From an uncultured Eubacteriales bacterium (GTDB lineage Bacteria; Bacillota; Clostridia; Oscillospirales; CAG-272), in assembly GCA_934462825.1 (NCBI GenBank), contig CAKSIP010000010.1, forward strand, positions 1 through 39,807: a DNA stretch of 39,807 nt, in the 5' to 3' direction. This document shows, one piece after another, positions 16,151-24,643 of this stretch (positions are counted from its first letter, which is position 1; each line of letters opens with the position of its first letter). The notes under the pieces are model-generated. The model was not told where the DNA came from, did no database searches, and saw only the letters and a list, made by a program, of their open reading frames with translations. Made by a program: the position numbers and the translations under genes.

Positions 16151-18073
16151 ATGATGAAGAATCAGGATATGGATATAGATTATAAGGACAAAAGCTCCTC
16201 CGCCTATTTTTATCTGCATCAGATTTCTTCTCCTACGGACTTAAAAAAGCTCCCGGCAGAAGCAATGCCTGCCTTGGCGGAAGAGTTGCGCAGCTTTTTG
16301 ATTGAAAATGTCAGCCGGACAGGCGGGCATTTGGCTTCCAACTTGGGCGTGGTGGAGCTTTCCTTGGCGTTGCACAGAGTCTTCGATGCCCCCAAGGATC
16401 ATATCATTTGGGACGTCGGCCACCAAAGCTACGTGCATAAAATTCTGACCGGCCGCCAAGAGCGATTTTCTACGTTACGGCAACCCGGAGGAATCTCGGG
16501 CTTTACGCTTCGCTCCGAAAGTGAATACGATTGCTTCGGCGCCGGACACAGCTCCACCTCTTTGTCCGCCGCTCTCGGATTTGCCGAGGCGGACGCGTTG
16601 AACGGAAGCGATGCCTATACTGTTGCCGTTGTAGGGGATGGTGCATTTACCGGCGGAATGATTCATGAGGCGCTGAATAACTGTAAAAAGAACCTTCGTT
16701 TGATCATAATTTTGAATGAAAACGAAATGTCGATTTCCAAAAACATCGGACTTTTTGCAAAAAATCTTTCTAAAATTCGCACACGCCCCGGTTACTTCAA
16801 AGCCAAAAAGGTGACGGGAAGTATCATGAAAAAGATCCCGCTCATCGGAAAGCCGATGTTCCGTGCTACGCTTCGCGTGAAAAAGGCTTTTAAGAATATT
16901 ATGTATGGCAGCAACTATTTTGAGGATCTCGGCTTGTACTATCTCGGCCCGGCAGACGGAAACGATTATGAGACGGTAGCGGCCATTCTTGCCGAGGCCA
17001 AAAAGCTGAATCAAAGCGTTGTGATTCACCTGAAAACCAAAAAGGGCAAGGGGTATGCGCCGGCTGAGAAATATCCGGATAAATATCATGGCATACCGAA
17101 GGAGGGCTATGCCCATGAGGAGCCAACACTGACCGATGCATTCGGCCATATTTTGACCGAATTGGCCAATGCGGATCATAAAATTTGCGCCGTCACGGCG
17201 GCGATGTGCGACGGAACCGGATTGTGCGAATTTCGTGAGCATCATCGGGATCGGTTTTTCGATGTCGGCATTGCCGAAGAACATGCCGTGACCTTCGGCG
17301 CCGGCCTGGCGGCCGCCGGAATGAAACCGGTCGTTGCCGTTTATTCCACCTTTTTGCAGAGAGCCTATGACAATATTTTGCACGACGTGGCTCTGCAAGC
17401 TTTGCCTGTTCTCTTGTGTATCGACCGTAGCGGCTTGAACGCGAAGGACGGTGTGACGCATCATGGCATTTTTGACGTTTCCTTTTTGTCGGAAATTCCG
17501 GGGATGCAAATTTATACGCCGATAACGGTTTCGGCCTTGCGGCGCGCCTTGAGGGCGGCGCTGGCTTCGGGTAAGCCGGCAGCGGTGCGCTACGGGAATT
17601 TTTCCGAGGATGAGCGCATTCTCCGAACCTTTTATCAGAGAGAGACGCCGGAAGCTCCCACGGTGTTGTGCAATTTTTCACCTTGGGACAAGGTGGATGC
17701 TGTGATTGTGGTGGCCGGAAAAATTGCCGGAGAAGCGTTAAAAGCGGTTGATTTATTGAAAGAACAGGGCATTACAGCGGGTGTGGTTCTTTTGGAATAT
17801 CTGAAGCCCTACGACCAATTGGCTGTACAAGTCAAGGCCGTTCTTCCGCCTCATGTCCGTTGCATTTTGTTTTTGGAGGAAGAAATCCGAAACGGCGGCA
17901 TGGGCATGCTGCTGTCGGATGCTCTGCGGCGGGTGGGAGGTCTTACCAACGTGCCAATGGAAATTTTGGGCGTGGACGATACCTTTATCGGTGCGGAAAA
18001 GGGCAAGAGTATGTATGCAAGCGCCGGCATCGACGCTCAAACGGTGGCAAAGCGAATTGCCGCTCTTATATAA
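16151..18073 (+). CDS. dxs: 1-deoxy-D-xylulose-5-phosphate synthase
   Basis: The protein contains GGHLASNLGVVELSLALHRVFDAPKDHIIWDVGHQSY, and its TPP-binding and transketolase-like domains run throughout the 640 aa. Confidence 0.9.
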   Translation: MMKNQDMDIDYKDKSSSAYFYLHQISSPTDLKKLPAEAMPALAEELRSFLIENVSRTGGHLASNLGVVELSLALHRVFDAPKDHIIWDVGHQSYVHKILTGRQERFSTLRQPGGISGFTLRSESEYDCFGAGHSSTSLSAALGFAEADALNGSDAYTVAVVGDGAFTGGMIHEALNNCKKNLRLIIILNENEMSISKNIGLFAKNLSKIRTRPGYFKAKKVTGSIMKKIPLIGKPMFRATLRVKKAFKNIMYGSNYFEDLGLYYLGPADGNDYETVAAILAEAKKLNQSVVIHLKTKKGKGYAPAEKYPDKYHGIPKEGYAHEEPTLTDAFGHILTELANADHKICAVTAAMCDGTGLCEFREHHRDRFFDVGIAEEHAVTFGAGLAAAGMKPVVAVYSTFLQRAYDNILHDVALQALPVLLCIDRSGLNAKDGVTHHGIFDVSFLSEIPGMQIYTPITVSALRRALRAALASGKPAAVRYGNFSEDERILRTFYQRETPEAPTVLCNFSPWDKVDAVIVVAGKIAGEALKAVDLLKEQGITAGVVLLEYLKPYDQLAVQVKAVLPPHVRCILFLEEEIRNGGMGMLLSDALRRVGGLTNVPMEILGVDDTFIGAEKGKSMYASAGIDAQTVAKRIAALI

Positions 18074-18080
18074 GAAAAGG

Positions 18081-18117
18081 GGCTGCTAAAAAACTCAAAA
18101 TGAGTTTTTTAGCAGCC
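18081..18117. terminator. hairpin element C: GGCTGCTAAAAAACTCA-aaa-TGAGTTTTTTAGCAGCC
   Basis: A perfect 17-bp inverted repeat lies between convergent dxs (+) and potD (-). Its U-tracts are weak on both sides (TCTTTGG on the + side, and CCTTTTCTT when read on the - strand). Confidence 0.6.
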
Positions 18118-18133
18118 TCTTTGGACTAAAAAA

Positions 18134-19378
18134 TCAATACGTCATTTCTCTCCGCTTTTTGCGGATGATATAAAAAGCAATGCTGAAAAGCAGAACAGCA
18201 AGAATCGTAGCGGAAAGAACATAGACATAGGTTGAGGTTTCGCTGGAAATTTTCAACTCATCCCAAAGTGCGTTGAGATGCTCCTGCATTTCCGTGTCCA
18301 ATGCGGCAAAGCCCTGATTTTTGAAATCTTTTTCAAAATCGTTGTAAAGAATGTCATACGCATCGGGGTGAACTTCCTCATTCATGTAGGCAATATAATC
18401 GGGATCGTTAAAAACGCCCGTGTGCGGCGAAGCATAGCAAATGTATTCCGCATTGGCAATCGCTACTTCCGGTTCCAAAAGAAAATTGATGTAAAGTTCC
18501 GCCAGCTCTTTGTTTTGGGAGCAAGTCGGAATACACATGGCGTCGCAGAAAACATTGGAGCCTTCTTTCGGATAAGCAAACGCAAGATCCTCATTGGAAG
18601 CATACATGGTGAAGAAATCGCCGGCATAGTAGGGAGCCAAAGAAGCGTTGCCCGATTCCATTTTGTTGAATACTTCATCCATAACATATTTTTGAATCAA
18701 AGGCTTTTGCTCGGCCAATTTGGCAGCCGCGCGATCCCAATCGCTCTTATCGGTGGAATTTACATTGATGCCGAGCAGGAACTGCGCGGTACCGAAAGCA
18801 TCCCGCGAGTTGTTGAATTGCAGAATACCGGCCTCCTTGTATTTTTCATTCCACAAAGCGCTCCAGCTGTCGATTTCATCTTCAATGTATTTCGTGTTGT
18901 AGATCAGGCCGACCTTTCCCATCGTGTAGGGAATGGAATATTCATTGGTTACGTCATAGTAGTTTCCGTCGATATAGGCGCGATCAATGTACGAAAAATT
19001 GGGAATGTTATCGAAATTGAGCTTGTGAAGCATGCCTTCTCGGATCAGCAAGGCCACCAAATAATCCGACGGAATCAGCACATCGTAGGGCGTGTCGGTG
19101 TTTTTCAGCTTGGCGTACATTTCTTCGTTGGAGGAATAGGTGGTGTAGTTTACCCGAACCTTGTAGCCGTATTTTTCTGATAAATTCTCGTTGAAATATT
19201 TTTCAAATTCGGCATTGACGTTCATTGTGTCATCGGCTCCGTCCGAAATATATTCGCCCCAATTGTACACATTCAGCACAACGACATCTTGCTTTTGGCA
19301 AGAAGAAAGAAGCAGGGCCGAGGCGGCGCAGAGCAGAGAAATCATAAGAAGCAAACAGATCCATCTTACTTTTTTCAT
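18134..19378 (-). CDS. potD: spermidine/putrescine ABC transporter substrate-binding lipoprotein (PotD family) with an extra C-terminal TM helix
   Basis: A lipobox is present (LLSSC). The PotD-like periplasmic-binding-protein (PBP) fold runs throughout. The C-terminal TM helix is YVYVLSATILAVLLFSIAFYII, followed by RKKRR. Confidence 0.85.
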   Translation of the reverse strand: MKKVRWICLLLMISLLCAASALLLSSCQKQDVVVLNVYNWGEYISDGADDTMNVNAEFEKYFNENLSEKYGYKVRVNYTTYSSNEEMYAKLKNTDTPYDVLIPSDYLVALLIREGMLHKLNFDNIPNFSYIDRAYIDGNYYDVTNEYSIPYTMGKVGLIYNTKYIEDEIDSWSALWNEKYKEAGILQFNNSRDAFGTAQFLLGINVNSTDKSDWDRAAAKLAEQKPLIQKYVMDEVFNKMESGNASLAPYYAGDFFTMYASNEDLAFAYPKEGSNVFCDAMCIPTCSQNKELAELYINFLLEPEVAIANAEYICYASPHTGVFNDPDYIAYMNEEVHPDAYDILYNDFEKDFKNQGFAALDTEMQEHLNALWDELKISSETSTYVYVLSATILAVLLFSIAFYIIRKKRREMTY

Positions 19379-20244
19379 TTGGCCAGGGCCTCCTTTTGTG
19401 TGCTTTTTTGTTGTTGGGCGCGACGCAGCGCTTTCATGGCTCGCGCATTTCTTCTTTCATCCCGCGTCTGTATCAGATTGGACAGAATGAGAAGGCACAA
19501 AATGGCCAGCATCATAAAAGTGGAAAGCGCATACATATCGGGGGTAACGGAACCCTTGCCCGTCATCGAATAAATTTTGAGAGGGAGCGTTTCAATCAGA
19601 CCGGACGTGAAGTGGCTGATCACGAAATCGTCAAAAGACATGGTGAACGCCATGATCATGCCGGAAAAAATGCCGGGCAGAATTTGCGGCAGCTCCGCTT
19701 TGAAAAAGGCTTTGGCGGGCGTACAGCCGAGATCCATGGCCGCTTCGGTTAAGGAATGATCCATCTGACGGATTTTTGGCATGACGGAAAGCACCACGTA
19801 GGGCAGGTTAAAGGTAATGTGGGCAATCAAAAGGGACGTAAAATCGTTGATCCGCAAGCCGAAAATGGTCAGCATGGCGGAAAAAAGAAGGACGAGAGAA
19901 ACGGCAGTTACAATGTCGGGATTGACCATGGGGATGTTGGTTACCGTCATAATCGCACGCTTGACAGGCTTGCGCTTGAATTTGCTCAATCCGAGAGCGG
20001 CGGCCGTTCCGATCAAGGTGGCAATCAAGGATGAGGAGATCGCCAGCGTAAGGGAATAAATGAGCGCGGAACGAATGGAGCCGTCCTCATCACGAAACAG
20101 ACTTTGATACCACTTTAAGGAAAAATGGGAGAACACGCCGGTGCTTTCGGTGGCGTTGAAGGAAAAAAGAATCATAACCAGCAAGGGCGCATAAAGCAGA
20201 ATGAAGGCAAGCGTGGTGTATATATTGTAGCGTTTGGTTTTCAC
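19375..20244 (-). CDS. potC: polyamine ABC transporter permease (PotC family)
   Basis: Six TM helices and the EAA-type permease motif region (SLTEAAMDLGCTPAKAFFKAELP) are present. The start is GTG, overlapping the potB stop. An ATGA overlap joins it to potD. Confidence 0.85.
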   Translation of the reverse strand: MKTKRYNIYTTLAFILLYAPLLVMILFSFNATESTGVFSHFSLKWYQSLFRDEDGSIRSALIYSLTLAISSSLIATLIGTAAALGLSKFKRKPVKRAIMTVTNIPMVNPDIVTAVSLVLLFSAMLTIFGLRINDFTSLLIAHITFNLPYVVLSVMPKIRQMDHSLTEAAMDLGCTPAKAFFKAELPQILPGIFSGMIMAFTMSFDDFVISHFTSGLIETLPLKIYSMTGKGSVTPDMYALSTFMMLAILCLLILSNLIQTRDERRNARAMKALRRAQQQKSTQKEALAK

Positions 20245-21095
20245 ATTAACACACCCCCTTTTGTCATATCATCCTCACTGTCGGAATAGTGATTCATGAT
20301 CAGCGTGCTGAGCAAAATCAGCACCATAAGTACACAGGAAAGCATGGCGCCGGCGTTGTAGTTTTGCGTGAGAGACATAAATTTTGCTTCAATTTCGTCT
20401 CCTATGAGATAAGTATTGGTGCCTCCCAATCGCTGAGAGATGTAGAAGGTGCTGACGCACGGAACGAAAACCATGGTAATGCCGGAGCAAATGCCGGAAA
20501 AGCTCATGGGCATAATGACACGCGTCGTGGTGTAAAACCCGGAGCAGCCGAGATCGGCCGAGGCCTCGATCATGCTTTTGTCAATCTTGGTCATAACCGT
20601 GTAGATCGGAAGAATCATGTAGGGCAGGAAATCATATACCATGCCGAGGATGACCGCGCCCTCCGTGTCCATCATCTCCAAAGAAAGGCCGATGTTTTTC
20701 AAAAGGGAATTGATCACACCGTTTTTCTCAATTAAAATGGCGATGGAATCGGTACGAATGATGAAGTTGATCCACATGGGGAGCATCAGCATCATAATCA
20801 GAATTTTTTGCGTGGTGGGCTTGGTGCGTGAAATGGCAAAGGCAACGGGAAATCCGATAATCAGACAGATTGTGGTTGCAATCAGAGCCAGCATCAAGGA
20901 AAGAAGCAATACCGGCAGGTAAATCGAAAACTCGGAAAAATTGGACAAGGTAAAGGAGCCGTTACGGTCGGTAAAGGCATAATAAATGACAAAACATATG
21001 GGCGCTAAAATAAAGAGAAAGGCCCAAACGATATGCGGAGCGGCGGCGGCGCGCCCAAGTAAAGATTTTTGCTTCAATGCCTTACTCCTCCTCAA
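20241..21095 (-). CDS. potB: polyamine ABC transporter permease (PotB family)
   Basis: The permease fold is present ([23 protein letters not shown]). The tracked start is TTG, overlapping potA by 14 nt, and is uncertain. Confidence 0.8.
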   Translation of the reverse strand: MRRSKALKQKSLLGRAAAAPHIVWAFLFILAPICFVIYYAFTDRNGSFTLSNFSEFSIYLPVLLLSLMLALIATTICLIIGFPVAFAISRTKPTTQKILIMMLMLPMWINFIIRTDSIAILIEKNGVINSLLKNIGLSLEMMDTEGAVILGMVYDFLPYMILPIYTVMTKIDKSMIEASADLGCSGFYTTTRVIMPMSFSGICSGITMVFVPCVSTFYISQRLGGTNTYLIGDEIEAKFMSLTQNYNAGAMLSCVLMVLILLSTLIMNHYSDSEDDMTKGGVLM

Positions 21096-22200
21096 TCACA
21101 TCCGAAAGATGATCCATTTCTTCGGAATAAGTGGAATAATCTCCGTACATGCCGGAAAATTCCGACTTTTTCATGACATGAATCGCATCCGGTTCGATGT
21201 AGAGTCCGATGGTTTCATCGGGAGCCACATAGTCGGTGGTTTGAATCATCCACTTGAACCCGCCGACATCTACAATAATCTCATAGTGAACCCCTTTGAA
21301 GGTGACGGAAGAAACTGTACCGGACAGCATGCCTTTTTCAACCGGCACCACGTCCACGTCCTCCGGCCGCACCACGATGTCTACATGCTCCGATTTTTCA
21401 AATCCGCTGTCCACGCAATCAAAGATGTGACCGGCAAATTTTGCTTTGCGATCGCATAACATAATCCCGTCAAGAATATTGGATTCTCCGATAAAGTCCG
21501 CTACGAAGGCGTTTTTGGGTTCGTTATAAATATCGGTGGGCGTACCGATCTGCTGAATCGAGCCGTTTGCCATGACAACAACGGTGTCCGACATGGAAAG
21601 CGCTTCTTCTTGATCGTGCGTGACATAGACAAATGTGATTCCGGTTTTTTCATGAATGTTTTTCAGTTCATTTTGCATATCTTTTCGGAGCTTGAGATCC
21701 AGAGCACCTAACGGCTCGTCCAGCAAAAGAATCTTGGGATTGTTTACAAGCGCGCGTGCGATGGCAACGCGTTGCTGCTGACCGCCGGAAAGCGTGGTGA
21801 TGTGTCTGCGTTCAAAACCGCGAAGATTGACGAGAACAAGCATTTCCTTGACTCGTTTGGAAATTTCCTCATTGGATAGCTTTTGAAGTCTCAGCCCGAA
21901 AGCGATGTTTTCAAAAACATTCAGATGAGGGAACAGCGCATAACGCTGGAACACAGTGTTAATGGGGCGTTTATAAGAGGGAAGATCGTTGATACATTTT
22001 CCTTCCAGATAAACGGATCCTGCGTCCGGCGTCTCGAATCCGCCGAGGATTCGGAGAGTGGTGGTTTTACCACAGCCTGAAGGGCCTAAAAGGGTGATAA
22101 ATTCCTTATCACGAATGTACAGATCGATTGCGTGGAGGATCGTCTCTCCGTCAAACGATTTGGATACGCCTTTTAACTCGATGAGCTTGTTTTTTTCCAT
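21082..22200 (-). CDS. potA: polyamine-importing ABC transporter ATP-binding protein (PotA family)
   Basis: Walker A (GPSGCGKTT), the ABC signature ([15 protein letters not shown]) and Walker B (LLLDEP) are present. The preferred start is ATG at 22200 ([16 protein letters not shown]) after the RBS AAAGGAG. The tracked ORF begins at TTG 22239. Confidence 0.85.
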   Translation of the reverse strand: MEKNKLIELKGVSKSFDGETILHAIDLYIRDKEFITLLGPSGCGKTTTLRILGGFETPDAGSVYLEGKCINDLPSYKRPINTVFQRYALFPHLNVFENIAFGLRLQKLSNEEISKRVKEMLVLVNLRGFERRHITTLSGGQQQRVAIARALVNNPKILLLDEPLGALDLKLRKDMQNELKNIHEKTGITFVYVTHDQEEALSMSDTVVVMANGSIQQIGTPTDIYNEPKNAFVADFIGESNILDGIMLCDRKAKFAGHIFDCVDSGFEKSEHVDIVVRPEDVDVVPVEKGMLSGTVSSVTFKGVHYEIIVDVGGFKWMIQTTDYVAPDETIGLYIEPDAIHVMKKSEFSGMYGDYSTYSEEMDHLSDVIEEE

Positions 22201-22277
22201 TCTGCATAAATACTCCTTTAAGTGCAAAAATATAAACAATTTTCAGGGGAATGTCCTTGGGGGCATTGCTCGGAAAA

Positions 22278-22312
22278 TTGCAAGCTATATTCTAACAGAA
22301 ATGGATGGCAAA
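22278..22312 (-). promoter_or_regulatory. candidate sigma-A promoter of the pot operon (TTGCAT-17-TAGAAT on the - strand)
   Basis: On the - strand the sequence reads ttgcatttgccatccatttctgttagaatatagc. Upstream of it are A8/T7 run hairpins (aaaaaacgcgtttttt) that probably terminate the M50 peptidase transcript. Confidence 0.4.
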
Positions 22313-22445
22313 TGCAATAGTTTTTCAAAAAAAATCGAAAAAAACGCCATTTTTTTTAATTATTCGGATTTAACCGTCAAAAAACGCGTTTTTTTTGAAA
22401 AAAACACGGTTTATTTCCGATATTCTCAAAAAAACTCTGAAATCC

Positions 22446-23078
22446 TCATAAACCGCCGGAACGCTTTTCAAATAGGAATATTTTGGCAAACATGGCGCCG
22501 GAGAACACAAAAAGTGACAAATAAGAACCGGTTCGCAGGATGAAATATACAGAAAGTGCCCAAAGAAGAAAAACGCTCAAAAAAGAACAAAGCTCTGAAA
22601 CATAAGTAGCCAAATGAGGCGAAGCCACGGAAAGCAAAAAACAGGCCAGAATTTTCCCTCCGTCGAAGCTTTCCGCCGGCAGAAGATTCAAAAAAGCAAG
22701 CGCCAGCGAAGAAACAATAAAAGTGTCGGTACTTTCGCCTGAGAGAGGGGCGAGGCCTTTGGCTTGTAATCCGAGAAGGAGCAGGGCCGAGAGCAGATTG
22801 CTCAAAGGGCCGGCCAGGCAGAGAAGGGCTTCCTTTCCGTAGGAGGTGCAGGAGGTATCCGCATCAATGATAGCCCCGAAAAGATTCAATTTTATGTGTT
22901 TTAACGGAATTTTCAGCAGAAAGGCCGCGCAAAAGTGTCCGGCTTCATGCAGGGTGGCGGCCAGCAGAGGAATCAAAATTCGCTGAAAATTTCCGGTTCC
23001 CATCAACGCCAATGCCATAAACAGCAGAGAGGGCGAAAACGAAATGTTCATGCTTGTGCCTTTGTGCCTTTCTTCCAT
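22446..23078 (-). CDS. site-2-protease-like M50 family zinc metallopeptidase (small membrane form)
   Basis: The HEAGH (HExxH) motif lies in a TM segment, and the protein has multiple TM helices. Confidence 0.65.
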   Translation of the reverse strand: MEERHKGTSMNISFSPSLLFMALALMGTGNFQRILIPLLAATLHEAGHFCAAFLLKIPLKHIKLNLFGAIIDADTSCTSYGKEALLCLAGPLSNLLSALLLLGLQAKGLAPLSGESTDTFIVSSLALAFLNLLPAESFDGGKILACFLLSVASPHLATYVSELCSFLSVFLLWALSVYFILRTGSYLSLFVFSGAMFAKIFLFEKRSGGL

Positions 23079-23091
23079 ATTTTTGCTTGCT

Positions 23092-23129
23092 CAGCTTTCA
23101 GCTTTCAGCCTTCGGCCTTCGGCCTTCGG
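23092..23129. repeat. heptanucleotide simple repeat (CAGCTTT)x2 followed by (CAGCCTT/CGGCCTT)x3
   Basis: The sequence cagctttcagctttcagccttcggccttcggccttcgg lies in the divergent intergenic region between the M50 peptidase gene and the DUF1836 gene. Confidence 0.6.
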
Positions 23130-23231
23130 TTTTTCCCAAGGCTCCGGTGGCTTTTAGAAGTGCTGTGGTTTTATCCTATGATAAGAGGGCGGCGTTCATG
23201 TATTTTTTGTAGAAAAAATGCGCGAACGCTA

Positions 23232-23260
23232 TTGACAGTCACGCGAACTTGTGATATAAT
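23232..23260 (+). promoter_or_regulatory. consensus sigma-A promoter (TTGACA-17-TGaTATAAT) for the DUF1836 gene
   Basis: TTGACA is at 23232-23237. TATAAT is at 23255-23260 with an upstream TG. It lies about 35 nt upstream of the ATG at 23296. Confidence 0.6.
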
Positions 23261-23295
23261 CATCATGTAAATGTTAGAAAGGGGGAAAGAGCGAG

Positions 23296-23880
23296 ATGAA
23301 TCTTCAGATCAATGACAGGCTGATTCCGGGTACGATATTGGAACGAAGCTCGATGGGAAATGTAACGGGGCTTGAGTTTTTAACAAAAATCTTTTACATT
23401 TCCGACGGCATTATGCTGTCCGGCATCAAGGAGATTTCCGGCATTGACGGCTCGACATTGCAGAATTGGGTTAAACGCGGTTGGTGTGAAAATTCGCGTC
23501 TGAAGCGTTATAATATTGATCAGGTGGCGCATATTCTTATCATCAATATGCTGAGAAATTGTATGCAGCTGGATCGGATTGCTTTTTTGATCCGGTATAT
23601 CAACGGCAGCGTGGATGATCGCGGCGACGATATTATATGCGACTCCAAGTTGTATGACTATATTTGTCGGATTTTGGATAAGCTGATGCATACAGAAGGC
23701 GAGTATTCGATGGACACGCTGAAAGCGTGTATTAAGGAAGAAACGAAGGACTACGAGGAAAAGGTTTCGGGCGCTTCCAAAAGACTTAACAACGCGCTGG
23801 AAATTATCATCGTTTCTTATTACGCTTCGATTTTGAAAAAATACGCCGATGACAAAATTTCGGATTTGATCGGAAAATGA
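23296..23880 (+). CDS. DUF1836 domain-containing protein (putative HTH regulator)
   Basis: The sequence LQNWVKRGWCENSRLKRYNIDQVAHILIINMLRNCMQLDRIAFLI matches the DUF1836 signature. The RBS is GGGGGAAAGAG. Confidence 0.7.
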   Translation: MNLQINDRLIPGTILERSSMGNVTGLEFLTKIFYISDGIMLSGIKEISGIDGSTLQNWVKRGWCENSRLKRYNIDQVAHILIINMLRNCMQLDRIAFLIRYINGSVDDRGDDIICDSKLYDYICRILDKLMHTEGEYSMDTLKACIKEETKDYEEKVSGASKRLNNALEIIIVSYYASILKKYADDKISDLIGK

Positions 23881-23906
23881 GCGAACACTTTGATATGGAA
23901 ATTCAA

Positions 23907-23938
23907 ATGAAGAAATGAAGAAATGAAGAAATGAAGAA
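23907..23938 (+). repeat. octanucleotide tandem repeat (ATGAAGAA)x4 immediately upstream of the nfeD RBS
   Basis: The sequence is aaATGAAGAAATGAAGAAATGAAGAAATGAAGAAAGGAAGA. Each unit contains both ATG and TGA. The last unit merges into the RBS AAAGGAAG of the next gene. Confidence 0.7.
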
Positions 23939-23950
23939 AGGAAGATACTT

Positions 23951-24580
23951 ATGATAGCGTGGTGGATGGGACTTGACTTATCGCAGCAGATTTTTGCGTT
24001 GGTGGGTATTGCGGCGAGCGTGATCCTGCTGATACAGACCTTGATGCTTTTGTTCGGCCTCGGCGGGGGTTCCGATGCGGACGGCGACGGAGATTTTGAC
24101 TCGGATGGGACAGAAGGCGACATAGACGGCGATGGCGATCATGGCGGTGACGGATTAACCCTTTTCTCCATTCGTGGCATTGTGGCCATGCTTTGTATTC
24201 TCGGCTGGACAGGGGTGATCTTTCTCGGAACGTCTATGCCGACCATCTTGGCGGTGTTTCTTGCGCTTTTGTGCGGATTTTTGACGCTGGTAGGCATGGC
24301 CTACATTATGCGCGCGATTTCCAAGCTGCAATCCTCCGGCAACCTTGACATCGGAAACGCGGTGGGAAAAGTGGGGCAGGTTTACATTCCGATAAAACCC
24401 AACGGAATGGCAGGGGGCAAGATTACCCTGACCGTGCAAGGGAAATATTCGGAATTTTCCGCTATAACCATGGCCGATCATGTCTTGACGACAGGCTCCT
24501 ACGTGCGCGTCGTTTCCGTAAATGAATCCAATGTGCTTCTTGTCGAACCGATTGCAAAGCCGACGGAGGCTTCCGAATAA
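23951..24580 (+). CDS. NfeD-family membrane protein (flotillin-associated; OB-fold C-terminus) with a Asp/Gly-rich loop
   Basis: There are 3-4 TM helices. A loop (GGGSDADGDGDFDSDGTEGDIDGDGDHGGDG) sits between TM1 and TM2. The C-terminal beta-rich domain is KITLTVQGKYSEFSAITMADHVLTTGSYVRVVSVNESNVLLVEP. It lies immediately upstream of the flotillin gene, as with B. subtilis YuaF and YuaG. Confidence 0.75.
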   Translation: MIAWWMGLDLSQQIFALVGIAASVILLIQTLMLLFGLGGGSDADGDGDFDSDGTEGDIDGDGDHGGDGLTLFSIRGIVAMLCILGWTGVIFLGTSMPTILAVFLALLCGFLTLVGMAYIMRAISKLQSSGNLDIGNAVGKVGQVYIPIKPNGMAGGKITLTVQGKYSEFSAITMADHVLTTGSYVRVVSVNESNVLLVEPIAKPTEASE

Positions 24581-24643
24581 AAGCGACAGCGTTTTTTAGA
24601 AACCAAAAAAAATAAACAAAATAGAAAATAGAAAGGGGAAAAA

